DNA of 64,000 nt, from contig JBAQUG010000312.1 in NCBI GenBank assembly GCA_049297395.1, forward strand, positions 273 through 64,272, given 5' to 3'. Shown piece after piece: positions 26,720-37,197 of this stretch (the first letter of the stretch is position 1; the number at the start of each line of letters is the position of its first letter). Under the pieces are notes generated by a model. That model ran no database searches, had not been told where the DNA came from, and saw nothing but the letters and a program-made list of their open reading frames with translations. Source of the DNA: Victivallales bacterium (lineage in GTDB: Bacteria; Verrucomicrobiota; Lentisphaeria; Victivallales; GWF2-50-93). The translations under genes and the position numbers were made by a program.

Positions 26720-29700
26720 TCAATCTCCTTCATACGGGGTGTTCAAAAGAGTGCCTGATTTCGCCGCCAGGTCTGTTTTCACGCTGCTGCACGGGGGAAC
26801 TTCCATCGTCTTGTCCAGGCCACCCAGCGGTGTGAACCCGGATGCGGCCGTTATGTGAACCCGACGCAGTTTATCCGTGGGGTTGTGGATTTCCAGCAGC
26901 AGCTTGTCCGCGCCGTCCTGCACGCACGACAGGATCACTTCCTGGTTGTCGCAGTGGAAGAGCTCGCCGGCATACAGCCGAGTGTCGCCGAGCGTGGTAT
27001 TGACGCTGGTCGTGGCGGCGCCTTCAAACACCGGCAGCATCAGCAATTGTCTTTTGTCCAAATCGTAGCGTCCGCAAATGGCATTGGGCGGCAGGCCGTG
27101 GACTCTGGCCAGCAGGTTGTGAGGCAGGTCGTATTTCCTGACCTCCAGCGCGGCTCCTCCATTTTCGGCATCAAGGTCCATCGCATAGTCAATACTGCGG
27201 ATTTTACCCTGCCTGACTTCGTACGCATAACCGGGTTTGCAGCCGATGCCGAAGTCGGCGATGAATTTTTTCAGCCACGCATTGTTGCGCTGGTTCTGCC
27301 ACGGCTTCATGAAGGTGATGAAACGGACAGTGACTTTTTCACCGGCCTGGACCTGGCGTCCTTCTCCATCGACGAAAAAATTGCCTCGCATCCCGCTTGT
27401 CTCGTATTGAATGGCCTGCGGTCCAATGTTGATGACCCCCACCGCCCCGCCGCGCTCGCTGGCCGGGAAAACATAATCGCCCGTGGCCAGGACACCTTTC
27501 CGGCTGAAGGGCTCCGTCGGGTCGAGCGTCCAGGCGAATTCACCCTGCTGGTCCCGGATAAACAAGGCGAAGGTCCCGGGTTCGCCCTTCCTGGATGAAC
27601 AAAGGCTGAAGCGATTGAGCTTCACCGGCTTCTTGAAAGTGGCGGTGAGCTCATGGACGTTCGCGGCGGTGCCGGCATTGTGCCGGGCGCGCACCGCCCA
27701 GGTGCGCGCGCTGATGTCGGCGATTTGATTTGGAATCGTCGCCATCGTCTCGCCTCCGACGGTGGAATTCCGCGGCGGTTCCATGAACTGGCAGTCGCCG
27801 ACATAATCCATCACCCCGTAGTCGAATGAGGCCAGACGGTTGCGGAACTGGAACGCCCCACCCTTCGGTTCGTTGCCGGCGTCGGTGGCGACTTCCGGAT
27901 GGAAATCGATCGCCGCAGGATAGATCATTCCGCCGTCAATACCGAAAATCCGGCATTCCTTTTCCCGCGGATTCGGGGGATAACTTCCAGCGGAGATGTT
28001 CGCCCCCTTTGCCCAGATTCCCAGCCATCCACCGAACAATGTCAGTACCTGCCGTTTTTCGTCCCATCCCATTATCTGGTCCCCACCCATTAAACGGTCG
28101 CCCATCATGGTGACGCGGAAGCCGTCTTGGAAGTTGTAGACGGTGGACGCGATAGCGGTCCTGCCGTTGAGATCGGTGACAAGCGGTACCAGATAGATTT
28201 GCCGTTTGTGGCTTTCATCAATGACGCAGGAAAAAGTCTTCGCCCCGTCAGGAAGGAACCGGCGATACACCGTGCCGGCATTTGCATCGTAGATTGCAAC
28301 CTCGCGGATGCCCACGGCGCTTTCCGCCTCCAGGGCGATGCGCAGGCGGTCCTTTCCGGCGGCAAATGGATGGCCGAGCGGATTGAGCACGCCCCAGCGC
28401 ATGATGCGCGGACCGTTGCTGATGTACGCCTGGTTCGGAAAAAGAGGAACATTCCAACTGCGCGAAAGATAGTCGCAGACATTCGCCGCGGACTGCGCAA
28501 AAATGACGGTCAGGTGCGCGGTTTTTACGGCCGCGATCATCTCCTCGGGACTGCGTACCGTCGTCATGGCGAACGGCGTATATTTATAACCCAGCCCTTC
28601 AAGGAAAAGATGTCTGGTGAAACCGTCATCGGCCAGCCTGCCGCCTTCGTACGTGTATGGCGAGGTGCAGCTCAGTTCCCCCAGGTAATAGGGATCAACC
28701 GGCCGCTTTCCCAGGTCGGCGATGCCGAACACGTTCCTGGAATTGGACTGGGACCACAGTTCCGGTTCGCTTTTGACTTTTCTATCTGCCGTGAGGTTCT
28801 TCGCCGCAGGCAGGATCTGCGCATTGATCTGCACTCCCGAGTCGCCCAGCAGATCGTAATACGTGTAGCCCGGAACCGCGACGAAATCGGAACCGGAAAC
28901 GGCACGGCAGTCGGCGACAAGCTTTTCGTATTTCTGCTGGTCGGTGGCGGACAGATCTTCCAAAAATACAATGAAGGAAAGTCCTGCATTCCTGGCGGCG
29001 GCCGCGTAATCGGCGACCGTCCCTTTTCCATCGCTCGCTTCGGTGCGTGCACCGACCACGCCCTTGAATTCGCGGGCTCCGGGCGTGAGCTGCCCCGCCA
29101 CCGGGGAATCGATTTGCTGCCACGGGTTCCACCAGGTCGCCAGGCCGCTCCAGGAATCTTTTGGGAATTCAGCTTTTGACCAGTCGATCGCCCCCGGCAG
29201 GGCGCGTGCGATTTCCTTCGGCGGAACATACCCGCCAAGTCCCGCTTTCTGCGCCGGCCCGGCCAGCCACTTGTAGGCGTTCAAAATCAGGCGGTGCCCG
29301 TCGCTTGGATGGATGCCGTCTCCGTTCAGCATCACCGTGTCGTTGAGCGTGAAACTCCCGAAATTTTTCCATAGGAACGCCGGTTGAATGGGGAGTACCA
29401 TCATGCGCCCTGCGCCATCAGCACCATCCAGCACCCCGACGATCTCCGGGGAACTCGAGTAGCTTCCCTTGCGCCCGGTATCATAGTCGGCCGTGTATGT
29501 CGTCGAGTTTGGATTGCCCATGATGGTGGACGCGGACTCCATGCCGCGCACCAGGACCTGCCAGTTCCTGCCGTACTTCATCGGAATCGTGGCCGGCCAG
29601 CTGCTTTCCATCTCTTTGGGAAGAAATAAACCGCTCACTCCTTCGGTCACCGGATGTCCGGCGGCCAATTGCGTCGTCCACACGAACTGGAAAAGCGGAC

Positions 29701-30247
29701 TGCGCCGCCCAGGATTGATGTCAACCAGTTTCCCCGGATCGTTCACCGCCTCTTCCAGCGCGCCCACATCGTACCGTTTGCCCGCCAGCTCGGTCCATCG
29801 GACGCCCGCATGCATGAAAGACACCGGCACCCAGAGGATGCCTCCGCCGGAACGATGGTAGGCGTCAAGCCTTTCGCGGAAATCGGCGGCCTCCTTTTCC
29901 TGGGCCGCCGTTTCTCCGGTCTTCTCAGGCGGACCGCAGAAAATGACTACATTAAACTTCTTCAGGAATTCCGTACTGTACAGGGCATAGTCGCGCCCCC
30001 CTTTTTGATCCTCGGCGAGGACATGCACCCGCACGCCCTCCTTGGCGCAGGCATTCTGGTACTTTTGCCAGCAGTCGGCATCCGTCTTGCTGCTGCGATA
30101 TTCCCCCATCATCAGCACGTCCACCGTGCTTTTCCCTTCTCCAGATTTCGCGCTTCCAATGGACAGAATGGATATCAGCAGGACCGCCACCAGTTTGACG
30201 GCGGACGAGACAGGATTTTCGAATCTTCGTTCTTCATTCATTTTCAT
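26720..30247 (-). CDS. giant secreted protein, family C paralogue 1
   Basis: 1175 aa with the signal-like segment AVKLVAVLLISILSIGSAKS. FNVVIFCGPP and GGGILWVP resemble ThuA/class-I-amidotransferase-like folds. The start may instead be the ATG two codons downstream (30241), which has better SD spacing. Confidence 0.75.
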   Translation of the reverse strand: MKMNEERRFENPVSSAVKLVAVLLISILSIGSAKSGEGKSTVDVLMMGEYRSSKTDADCWQKYQNACAKEGVRVHVLAEDQKGGRDYALYSTEFLKKFNVVIFCGPPEKTGETAAQEKEAADFRERLDAYHRSGGGILWVPVSFMHAGVRWTELAGKRYDVGALEEAVNDPGKLVDINPGRRSPLFQFVWTTQLAAGHPVTEGVSGLFLPKEMESSWPATIPMKYGRNWQVLVRGMESASTIMGNPNSTTYTADYDTGRKGSYSSSPEIVGVLDGADGAGRMMVLPIQPAFLWKNFGSFTLNDTVMLNGDGIHPSDGHRLILNAYKWLAGPAQKAGLGGYVPPKEIARALPGAIDWSKAEFPKDSWSGLATWWNPWQQIDSPVAGQLTPGAREFKGVVGARTEASDGKGTVADYAAAARNAGLSFIVFLEDLSATDQQKYEKLVADCRAVSGSDFVAVPGYTYYDLLGDSGVQINAQILPAAKNLTADRKVKSEPELWSQSNSRNVFGIADLGKRPVDPYYLGELSCTSPYTYEGGRLADDGFTRHLFLEGLGYKYTPFAMTTVRSPEEMIAAVKTAHLTVIFAQSAANVCDYLSRSWNVPLFPNQAYISNGPRIMRWGVLNPLGHPFAAGKDRLRIALEAESAVGIREVAIYDANAGTVYRRFLPDGAKTFSCVIDESHKRQIYLVPLVTDLNGRTAIASTVYNFQDGFRVTMMGDRLMGGDQIMGWDEKRQVLTLFGGWLGIWAKGANISAGSYPPNPREKECRIFGIDGGMIYPAAIDFHPEVATDAGNEPKGGAFQFRNRLASFDYGVMDYVGDCQFMEPPRNSTVGGETMATIPNQIADISARTWAVRARHNAGTAANVHELTATFKKPVKLNRFSLCSSRKGEPGTFALFIRDQQGEFAWTLDPTEPFSRKGVLATGDYVFPASERGGAVGVINIGPQAIQYETSGMRGNFFVDGEGRQVQAGEKVTVRFITFMKPWQNQRNNAWLKKFIADFGIGCKPGYAYEVRQGKIRSIDYAMDLDAENGGAALEVRKYDLPHNLLARVHGLPPNAICGRYDLDKRQLLMLPVFEGAATTSVNTTLGDTRLYAGELFHCDNQEVILSCVQDGADKLLLEIHNPTDKLRRVHITAASGFTPLGGLDKTMEVPPCSSVKTDLAAKSGTLLNTPYEGD

Positions 30248-30281
30248 TCTCCGCTTTTATTCTTATTTTTCTTTTACATGT

Positions 30282-31115
30282 TCATTCTTTACACAGCCAG
30301 ACTTTTCCGTTCGTGAATCCCGTCGGCGGTGCGGCACTGAAACCAACCCACGTTCCCCTGTGCGCCAGCGGAAACTTCACGGAGGTGACATGTCCGTCGG
30401 CAAGGGCGATGTTTGCGCTGAGGTTGTGCGCATAGCGGATGCTGCGGTTGCCCGTGGTAACTGACGGAACAGTTCCCGCCCCGTCGTTCTGCCCGCACTC
30501 AAGCCTGTAATATGCCGCATCGAGGAAGACATACAGGTCCGAAGGCCATTTGAACTGGGACAGCTTCATGCCAAAGGCGCGTTTCTCATTGTTGCCATTG
30601 GAAGTGGTATCCCAGGCGTTGCCACCGTAACTGCCCTCCGCCTCGCCGCCGCCCAGGCCCATTACCCTTGCCTGCTTCGTATTTTCAGGACAGTTCCATA
30701 TGTCCATGCTCTTGCGCAAAGTCCCGCTGGCATGATTTTCGTAGAGGTAATATTCAAAGCTTCCTCCTGGCATCACCGAGGGAAGCCTGCCGAACCAGCT
30801 GGTGCTGTCGGTGCCGTAGCTGGGAGGGGTCAGTTCATTCCAATCGTCGGCATATAGGAAATAGTACTGTGCAAACTGCTTGAGATTGCCCTGGCAGATA
30901 GTGCTTTTCGCCAGGCAGCGTGCATTTTTCAGCGCCGGCAGCAGCATCGCCGCCAGGATTGCGATGATCGCAATTACGATAAGCAATTCAATCAGGGTAA
31001 AATCATTTGCGATTGACGACCGTGTCCGGCACAGCTTTTTTGAGGCGACGGATTTTTGATTTCCATTTTTTCTAGTCATTGCCGTTCTCCTCCTATAAAA
31101 ATTTCTCTTTGTCAT
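30282..31115 (-). CDS. pseudopilin-like protein (prepilin-type N-terminal helix plus H-X9-DG)
   Basis: [28 protein letters not shown] is the prepilin-type head. [14 protein letters not shown] is H-X9-DG. Its ATG (31113-31115) directly abuts the TAA of the upstream gene (31116-31118). Confidence 0.9.
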   Translation of the reverse strand: MTKRNFYRRRTAMTRKNGNQKSVASKKLCRTRSSIANDFTLIELLIVIAIIAILAAMLLPALKNARCLAKSTICQGNLKQFAQYYFLYADDWNELTPPSYGTDSTSWFGRLPSVMPGGSFEYYLYENHASGTLRKSMDIWNCPENTKQARVMGLGGGEAEGSYGGNAWDTTSNGNNEKRAFGMKLSQFKWPSDLYVFLDAAYYRLECGQNDGAGTVPSVTTGNRSIRYAHNLSANIALADGHVTSVKFPLAHRGTWVGFSAAPPTGFTNGKVWLCKE

Positions 31116-31472
31116 TTAATAGCTCTCCACCCTGACAATCCTCCCAATCCTGACAATTTCCACAATTCCGTCCGTGGATTTGCTTTCGAAGCGCAGGGAA
31201 GAGTTTCCTCCATGCTTCACAGCAGCGTCTTTAGCGAGCCGGCAATCGGCCTTTATAGAGTTCCTCGGACGCCACCCCGATGGCAAAACGCCGTCGGGAA
31301 ACAACGGCGACTCCTTGGCGTTCCTCTCCTTGTCCATGACTTCACGCCATTCCTCGAACCCGCCATTGGCGAGCAGATTGGCGGATGATTCGGACTTTTG
31401 TCCGGCGATGACTCCGGCACTGGAGATTCCCAGCGACATCCCAAAAACGAGCAGTATTGCTTTGGTATTCAT
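31116..31472 (-). CDS. family B small secreted CBM4_9-like protein, internally deleted copy (B1); possibly a decaying gene
   Basis: I start it at ATG 31472 (MNTKAILLVFGMSLGISSAG); the track start at 31505 would overlap the upstream gene. It keeps the NGGFEEWRE...HGGNSSLRFESK head and the C-terminal RVESY. It lacks about 100 residues that are present in B2 and B3. Confidence 0.55.
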   Translation of the reverse strand: MNTKAILLVFGMSLGISSAGVIAGQKSESSANLLANGGFEEWREVMDKERNAKESPLFPDGVLPSGWRPRNSIKADCRLAKDAAVKHGGNSSLRFESKSTDGIVEIVRIGRIVRVESY

Positions 31473-31479
31473 GGGCTCT

Positions 31480-34400
31480 TTAATCCGCCTCACAGCCGAT
31501 TTCAATATTGTTGATAATGGTCAGCACGTCCTTCAAATTCTCTTCGGAGCGGGGCCAGAGCTCAATCCGGTTCTTCTGTCCGTACTTGATAGAAAGAGTG
31601 ACGTTCAACATTTCATCAAGCGGACACATTGAAGAAATCAGCACAGGGTCTCCATTGATCCAGAGAAGTCCATTGGAAAGTCCTGTCACCGGCAAATCCT
31701 GCCCGGGGATCCTTGAGTTGACCCGCGGTGTCTCAAGATGGATATAGATGTTTTTCCCCTTCCATTCTGCTGGAACATCAATGTCTCGGACCAGGTGGTT
31801 GGCCTTCACCACCAGCTTGTCATCCTTCAAGGTTCCATTGTCGGTCAGGGTGCGATCAACTCCCGGGACAGCTACCTTATCTCTCGTGCTCCAATCGCTC
31901 ATTACCGCCTCCCATTCTCCGAGCAGGGAGACGACCGGCGCCAGCTTTATTTCCGGCTGCAGCCACACTGCACAGCCAAGAAGCCCGCTTATGGGTTTGC
32001 TGCCGTCCAGCCTGATTGCCAGCACATTGCCGTCTGCTTTCAATAGATCGGTGATATCGCATTTGAAATGGGGATTCAGCATCCCGCCAATTTTTCTGCC
32101 GTTGACATAAAATTCCATTTTCTTCGCCGCCATGGGGCCGAACGCCGTTTGAAAATTCAGTGATATCTTTTTTCCTTTCCAGCTGGCCGGGAGCGGAAAC
32201 GGTGGGCATCGGTAAAGCCCGACACCATCGTATTCCTTCAGATCATCGTATTGAAAATTCCATGGAGTGTTGTCCAGGCTCCGCCAGGCCGTATCATCAT
32301 ACGATGCGTTAGCCCAGTCATCGCTTTTTAACATCGCACCGTCGGTGTCGGCGAAAAATTTCCATGCATCAAAAGGAAGCGCCATGGGATCCGTGCCGTC
32401 TTTCTTCGCGGTCTCAGCAGATTGCTGGATATCCGCGCGTCTCCAGAATTTTGTTTTCTCCTTCCACCATGAATCCACTCCGCCGGACAGCGACGCCTTT
32501 TTCACTCCGAGTATCCTCGTTCCGTAGGCAGGCATCGAGATGTCCTTGAACCTCACCCAGCCGTTCCCGTATTCAAACTGAACTGGTTTCTGCTCAATCA
32601 CATCCCATGCGTCCTGCGGTTTTTCCGTAGCAGCAAAACCTGCGTCAACTTTCACACCTGACGCTGTCTGGTTCATGACCACCAGCCATTCCTGGAGTCC
32701 GTTTTTCGTGGTCATCTTTCTGGCAAACACGCGTTTGTCGGAGGCCTCGGCCGTGCGTTTTACGCCCAGGTCGGTGAACAGACGCTCCAAAAACGCCGGT
32801 CCCAGATCCTTGATTTTCCACACACCTGTCCCTCCAGCATCCCTCCCGTTTCTCCAGAAGGTCGAGCCAAGCACAATCACTTTTCCTTTGCCCAGCGTCC
32901 GCATCCCTACCGCAATTGTCCCGTCATCCCATCTGGCAAGGGCGGTGACATTTTTTGATGCCGGAGACAAGCCGACACTGACATCCTTGGCGGACTGCGT
33001 GTCCTTCCAGTCAAGCGCGCTTCCCTCGCCCTCGAACTCTTTCCCCTCCCATCCCTTGAAAACCGGCAGATCCTCCTCAAACTTGATTTCCCCTTTCTTG
33101 CCGATTGAAACAACCTTGAATCCTGTCAGTTCGCTGATGGGCCACGCGTCCGGTTCAAGCAGGCTGTGGCGTCCGCTGTTATGCAAAGCGACAAATGTCC
33201 CTCCTTTTTCCACGTACTTGCGGATGGCGGCAATAGTATCCTCTCCCATGATCATCGTGTCCGTGTCAAAGAGCACAGGATAGTCATCGGCCATGCCTTT
33301 GGCCAACATCGTCTCAGTCACATATACATTGTCGTAATGGCAGGCGGCCAGCTCTCCGCGTCCGATATCCCATTGCCCCATGGAATGGAACACCTCACAG
33401 GTCAAAAGCGCGCTTCGGGATGAACAGAGGATGGCGATTCCGGGTTTTTCCGGAAGATGCTTTCCTATCAACCCGATTATCCGTTTGTTTTTTGCAATCC
33501 AGCCGGTCTGTTTTTCACGTTCATAGAATTCAAATGCCTCTCCTGTCATCCGGAAACAACCTTCCGCGTTGATGAGAATCCAGCCAAGCATCCTTGCGGC
33601 GGCAACGTCGCCGACATCGTCCTTGATGCCAGTGCGTGGAATGCGTCCACCGGGTTCGCATGAGGAGTAGAATCCGCCTGCATACCCCATCCGCGAATTA
33701 AACGGACGGTAGGAAGACTCATAACCAGTATCCTGTATGCTCCCGCCGAGACGCATGATGGCATCGCCCTGTGCGTCTTTTACCTCCGTACTTGTCGCAC
33801 CGACCACGAACGGCCTGTCGGGGTCTATGCTCCTGGCATACTCCAGTGCCCCCACGGCAAGCGAATTCAAGGAGTGGAGCTGCCATTCCAGCATGTCCAC
33901 ATACTGCGCGTTCCGGTGTTTTCCAAGATAGGGATATGGCTGCGGCAGGGTGGTCGTCAGAAATATCGGGCCGCTGATACTCCCTCCTGGGACATGGAGG
34001 GAGAGGTTGTTCTTCCCATTTTTCAGCAACCCGGTAACTTTCAGGGCAAATGGGCCATCGTATGGATTTATCTTCGACTTGAATGTCCCTAGGGCGTCTG
34101 TGTTCAGCCAGACCTGGTATTCCCTCCATCCCTCATTGTTGATATTGCACACAAGGTAGACATCTTTTCCTGCATTATCCTTCAGCCATTGCCCTGCATC
34201 AAAACTCACCCGCCAGAAGACCGGTTTGTTTCCGAGGATGTACGCCTTCCTCGATGGCACCTCTTCCACCGGCATCCAGCCTGGCTCAGATATTCCGGGC
34301 ATTTCAGTCTGATTTGCTTCCGCCTTCTTCCAGAACCAGTTGTTTTTTATCCGCAGGCATTTGTCATTCAGATCTCCAAAGAAACCATTGATGTCGTCCG

Positions 34401-35505
34401 GCAGTTCCACGTCCTTCCAGTCCTTGAAATGCGACTTGTCTCCATGCCATCTCTCACCTAAATCCTTCAGGCTGTACCCGCGAGTCTCCTGCAGCCAGCG
34501 CCTGAACGCATCCTGTCCGACTTTGGAATAACCCAGATGGGCATCTGTGTTCTTGTGGAAAAATGATTCGTAGATATAATTGCCGCAATAGAACTCGTAT
34601 CCACCAAGAACATTCCGATCTTTATAACGCAGCAGCACATCCTTCAGGAACTTTAAATTGGTCTCGCGCCTTTGTTCCGGAGTCATGCCATAACTGTCAG
34701 GATTTTTCTGGTAGTAGTTGAGGGAACCTCCCAATGGACTGCTGTCGGAATCCCGATCGATGAACTGCGGCCACTTGTTTGCCGCCCATGTAGGCCATGT
34801 GGCGGTTCCAACCGTAAGCGAAAACATCAGGTTGTCTTTTTCGGCGACGGCCAGGTCAGTATCAATTCCCGGTTGACGGACATGCACTCCTGGGGCGGAA
34901 CTGTCTTTAAAAAGCAGTACATCCTGGAATCCTCCATTGCCAAACAGCTTCACAAAGCGCATCCGTTCATCGTTCTGGAACTTATGCTGGTAATTCAAAC
35001 CATAAGAACCGCATTTCCATGTGCTTAAATCGTAGAAGTCGAGATATTTCGGATAGGGACTGGACGGCTTGAACTGGAATGTTCCAGAGAGAAAACGCTT
35101 GTCCTGGCGGACTAGCGCCATTGCCTCTTCTTCGTCCTTGCCTCCCACAACAAGAACAGTTTTGCCGTCGCGTCCGGCAACCAGTGCGCCATAGGGTGTC
35201 CATGCATGCATCTGCAGGTCATGGCCATCAACGGCCACTGTCTTCTCGACATGATTGCCTCCCGCATCCCAGAAAAGGTCGGCGAGGAGCTTGCCAAGCA
35301 GGATGTCGGCTTTCTTTTCATTTTCGCAGATAAATTCACTCCGCTGCGGGGTTATTGCCGCTTCCACCTTTCCGTAGCCCCGCAGATCGGCCGTCTCTCC
35401 AGACGCGTTTACGCCCAGGCCACCTAATATTGCCACCATCATTCCGGCTCCCATGGACAGGGACAATCCCTTCCGCAGCCACTGATTGATTTGTTTTGTC
35501 TCCAT
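31480..35505 (-). CDS. giant secreted GH42-like (beta-galactosidase-type TIM barrel plus trimerisation/GATase1-like domain) protein with C-terminal galactose-binding-like modules, family A paralogue 1
   Basis: 1341 aa. AGGAAGGA lies upstream of ATG 35505. FRRWLQETRGYSLKDLGERWHGDKSHFKDW resembles the GH42/GH35 F..WL...Y.....LN..W region. DYPVLFDTDTMIMGEDTIAAIRKYVEKGGTFVALHNSGRHSLLEPDAWPISELTGFKV resembles the GH42 middle domain. DDTAWRSLDNTPWNFQ..YDGVGLYRC resembles the GH2-type sugar-binding sandwich. Confidence 0.7.
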   Translation of the reverse strand: METKQINQWLRKGLSLSMGAGMMVAILGGLGVNASGETADLRGYGKVEAAITPQRSEFICENEKKADILLGKLLADLFWDAGGNHVEKTVAVDGHDLQMHAWTPYGALVAGRDGKTVLVVGGKDEEEAMALVRQDKRFLSGTFQFKPSSPYPKYLDFYDLSTWKCGSYGLNYQHKFQNDERMRFVKLFGNGGFQDVLLFKDSSAPGVHVRQPGIDTDLAVAEKDNLMFSLTVGTATWPTWAANKWPQFIDRDSDSSPLGGSLNYYQKNPDSYGMTPEQRRETNLKFLKDVLLRYKDRNVLGGYEFYCGNYIYESFFHKNTDAHLGYSKVGQDAFRRWLQETRGYSLKDLGERWHGDKSHFKDWKDVELPDDINGFFGDLNDKCLRIKNNWFWKKAEANQTEMPGISEPGWMPVEEVPSRKAYILGNKPVFWRVSFDAGQWLKDNAGKDVYLVCNINNEGWREYQVWLNTDALGTFKSKINPYDGPFALKVTGLLKNGKNNLSLHVPGGSISGPIFLTTTLPQPYPYLGKHRNAQYVDMLEWQLHSLNSLAVGALEYARSIDPDRPFVVGATSTEVKDAQGDAIMRLGGSIQDTGYESSYRPFNSRMGYAGGFYSSCEPGGRIPRTGIKDDVGDVAAARMLGWILINAEGCFRMTGEAFEFYEREKQTGWIAKNKRIIGLIGKHLPEKPGIAILCSSRSALLTCEVFHSMGQWDIGRGELAACHYDNVYVTETMLAKGMADDYPVLFDTDTMIMGEDTIAAIRKYVEKGGTFVALHNSGRHSLLEPDAWPISELTGFKVVSIGKKGEIKFEEDLPVFKGWEGKEFEGEGSALDWKDTQSAKDVSVGLSPASKNVTALARWDDGTIAVGMRTLGKGKVIVLGSTFWRNGRDAGGTGVWKIKDLGPAFLERLFTDLGVKRTAEASDKRVFARKMTTKNGLQEWLVVMNQTASGVKVDAGFAATEKPQDAWDVIEQKPVQFEYGNGWVRFKDISMPAYGTRILGVKKASLSGGVDSWWKEKTKFWRRADIQQSAETAKKDGTDPMALPFDAWKFFADTDGAMLKSDDWANASYDDTAWRSLDNTPWNFQYDDLKEYDGVGLYRCPPFPLPASWKGKKISLNFQTAFGPMAAKKMEFYVNGRKIGGMLNPHFKCDITDLLKADGNVLAIRLDGSKPISGLLGCAVWLQPEIKLAPVVSLLGEWEAVMSDWSTRDKVAVPGVDRTLTDNGTLKDDKLVVKANHLVRDIDVPAEWKGKNIYIHLETPRVNSRIPGQDLPVTGLSNGLLWINGDPVLISSMCPLDEMLNVTLSIKYGQKNRIELWPRSEENLKDVLTIINNIEIGCEAD

Positions 35506-35568
35506 TGTTTTCCTGATCCTTCCTGTTTTGCAGTTGCCTGAGTAAGTTGCGCCTTCCCGTTGCCTCCT

Positions 35569-36429
35569 TCAATTGTCGTCATATGCCCAGTGCTTTCCAT
35601 GGAATCTGGGATTAAACCAGGTTCCTGGAAGCAACGGACATTTTAAACTTTCCACATGTCCCTCAGCATAAAGCATGTTGATACCCCTGTTATGGACATA
35701 ACGGACACCTGGTATTCCCACTGAAGTTATGCCGGCAGGGATTACTCCAGACCCAGTATTTTGATCTGCCTGGTTGCGGTGGTACACGCCGTCATATACA
35801 AGATATAGATTGGCAGGGTTTTTTATCGTTGACGTTTTAGCTCCGAGCGCGAGACCGTCATGAACATAAGGAGTGCCATCTGTAGCATGGTTCCAGCTGT
35901 TTGACTGGTAGCTGTTGTTTGTCTCACTTGCACCAAATCCACCGGGACGAATCTGCACTGTATTTTCCGGACAGCCCATTATAGAGGGATTTTTCTGAGT
36001 GGTCAACGAGTTATAATCCTGCCCCGCTCCCTCAATAACAAATTGAAACCACCCATTGTAAGCCAAACCGCCACCGGTACAATAACTGTTTATGGGATAA
36101 TATGAGTTGTAGTCAGATGAATAGAAATTCAAAATCGTGCCGCATTGCTTGAGATTGCTCATGCATTTGGCGCTTTTTGCATATGATTGTGCGTTCTTCA
36201 GCGCCGGCAGGAGCATCGCCGCAAGTATGGAGATGATCGCGATTACGATAAGCAATTCGATCAATGTGAAGAGCCTGCAGTATGACAGTTTCACGGTATT
36301 ACGGTATGACGGCAAAACGGCAGGATGGCAGGTATTGAAGCTGGAATACTTCTTTCCCGATTTCCAGCTTGAAATTTCATTGGCCATTGCCATTCCTCCT
36401 GGTGTTATGTCGTGTTTCTCCTGTATCAT
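35569..36429 (-). CDS. pseudopilin-like protein (H-X9-EG variant)
   Basis: [28 protein letters not shown] is the prepilin-type head. [14 protein letters not shown] is H-X9-EG. An alternative start at ATG 36387 follows AGGAGGA by 7 nt (MANEISS...). Confidence 0.88.
   Translation of the reverse strand: MIQEKHDITPGGMAMANEISSWKSGKKYSSFNTCHPAVLPSYRNTVKLSYCRLFTLIELLIVIAIISILAAMLLPALKNAQSYAKSAKCMSNLKQCGTILNFYSSDYNSYYPINSYCTGGGLAYNGWFQFVIEGAGQDYNSLTTQKNPSIMGCPENTVQIRPGGFGASETNNSYQSNSWNHATDGTPYVHDGLALGAKTSTIKNPANLYLVYDGVYHRNQADQNTGSGVIPAGITSVGIPGVRYVHNRGINMLYAEGHVESLKCPLLPGTWFNPRFHGKHWAYDDN
36293..36332 (+). repeat. five tandem octamers in the pseudopilin leader
   Basis: Plus strand reads ACGGTATT ACGGTATG ACGGCAAA ACGGCAGG ATGGCAGG. 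Confidence 0.8.
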
Positions 36430-36449
36430 GAACTCCCCGCAAAATTGAA

Positions 36450-37169
36450 CTAATACGTTTCCGCATTTACTACCGGCCCCATGTCGTGCATTTCGACATC
36501 GTCGTACCAGAGCGTACCTTTGGCGCGGCGGTTCTGGATGGAAAATACAATGCTGCGCGCATATTCATCGGTGGTAAGGGTGAATGTGAGCTTCTGCCAG
36601 TCAAATGTGCCCTTTGGCGCTTTCCCCTGATAATATGCAGGGGAAGCAGACTCCTTTCCGTCCTTGACGGAATAGACTTTTGTCATTAGGATGGTGCCTG
36701 ATCCGTCGCCCGGCTGCACGTTGTCGCCTTTCACCCACCATGAAAATTCGTAGCGCCTGTTCGGCTTGACAGAAAGCCTTTCATTGGCTCCGGCAAATAC
36801 GTCGGGATTATAATACATCACACCGATATCGGTAGGGCTGTCATTCTTTATCCGCAGTGAATACAATCCGGAATGCCTCACCTCTGAGTCGCGTCCGACG
36901 GACACGGTGAGCCTTGCGTCTTTTTCATACGCCTCGGCCGCCTGCAGCCAGTTCAGCGGGTACAGCGGCTCCACCATGGAAACAGCCTTGACTTCCCTGC
37001 GGTCCAGGACGCCCGGATTCAGCTTTGAGGCGTCAACCCATTCCTCAAATCCTCCGTTGACAACAAGAGAAGTCTTCGCGTCAGCCGCTTGCGGCATAGG
37101 CTTGTCTTCGCCTGTTGCCGACAGAATCAGTGCCGACACCGCCATAACCGAAATCAAAAGTCTTTGCAT
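36450..37169 (-). CDS. family B small secreted CBM4_9-like protein (B2)
   Basis: 239 aa. GGAGGGAG lies 7 nt upstream of ATG 37169. The signal peptide is [45 protein letters not shown] and LWYDDVEM follow the PF02018-like pattern. The C-terminus is NAETY. Confidence 0.8.
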   Translation of the reverse strand: MQRLLISVMAVSALILSATGEDKPMPQAADAKTSLVVNGGFEEWVDASKLNPGVLDRREVKAVSMVEPLYPLNWLQAAEAYEKDARLTVSVGRDSEVRHSGLYSLRIKNDSPTDIGVMYYNPDVFAGANERLSVKPNRRYEFSWWVKGDNVQPGDGSGTILMTKVYSVKDGKESASPAYYQGKAPKGTFDWQKLTFTLTTDEYARSIVFSIQNRRAKGTLWYDDVEMHDMGPVVNAETY

Positions 37170-37197
37170 GTTGGACTCCCTCCGTTTCTATGTTTTT

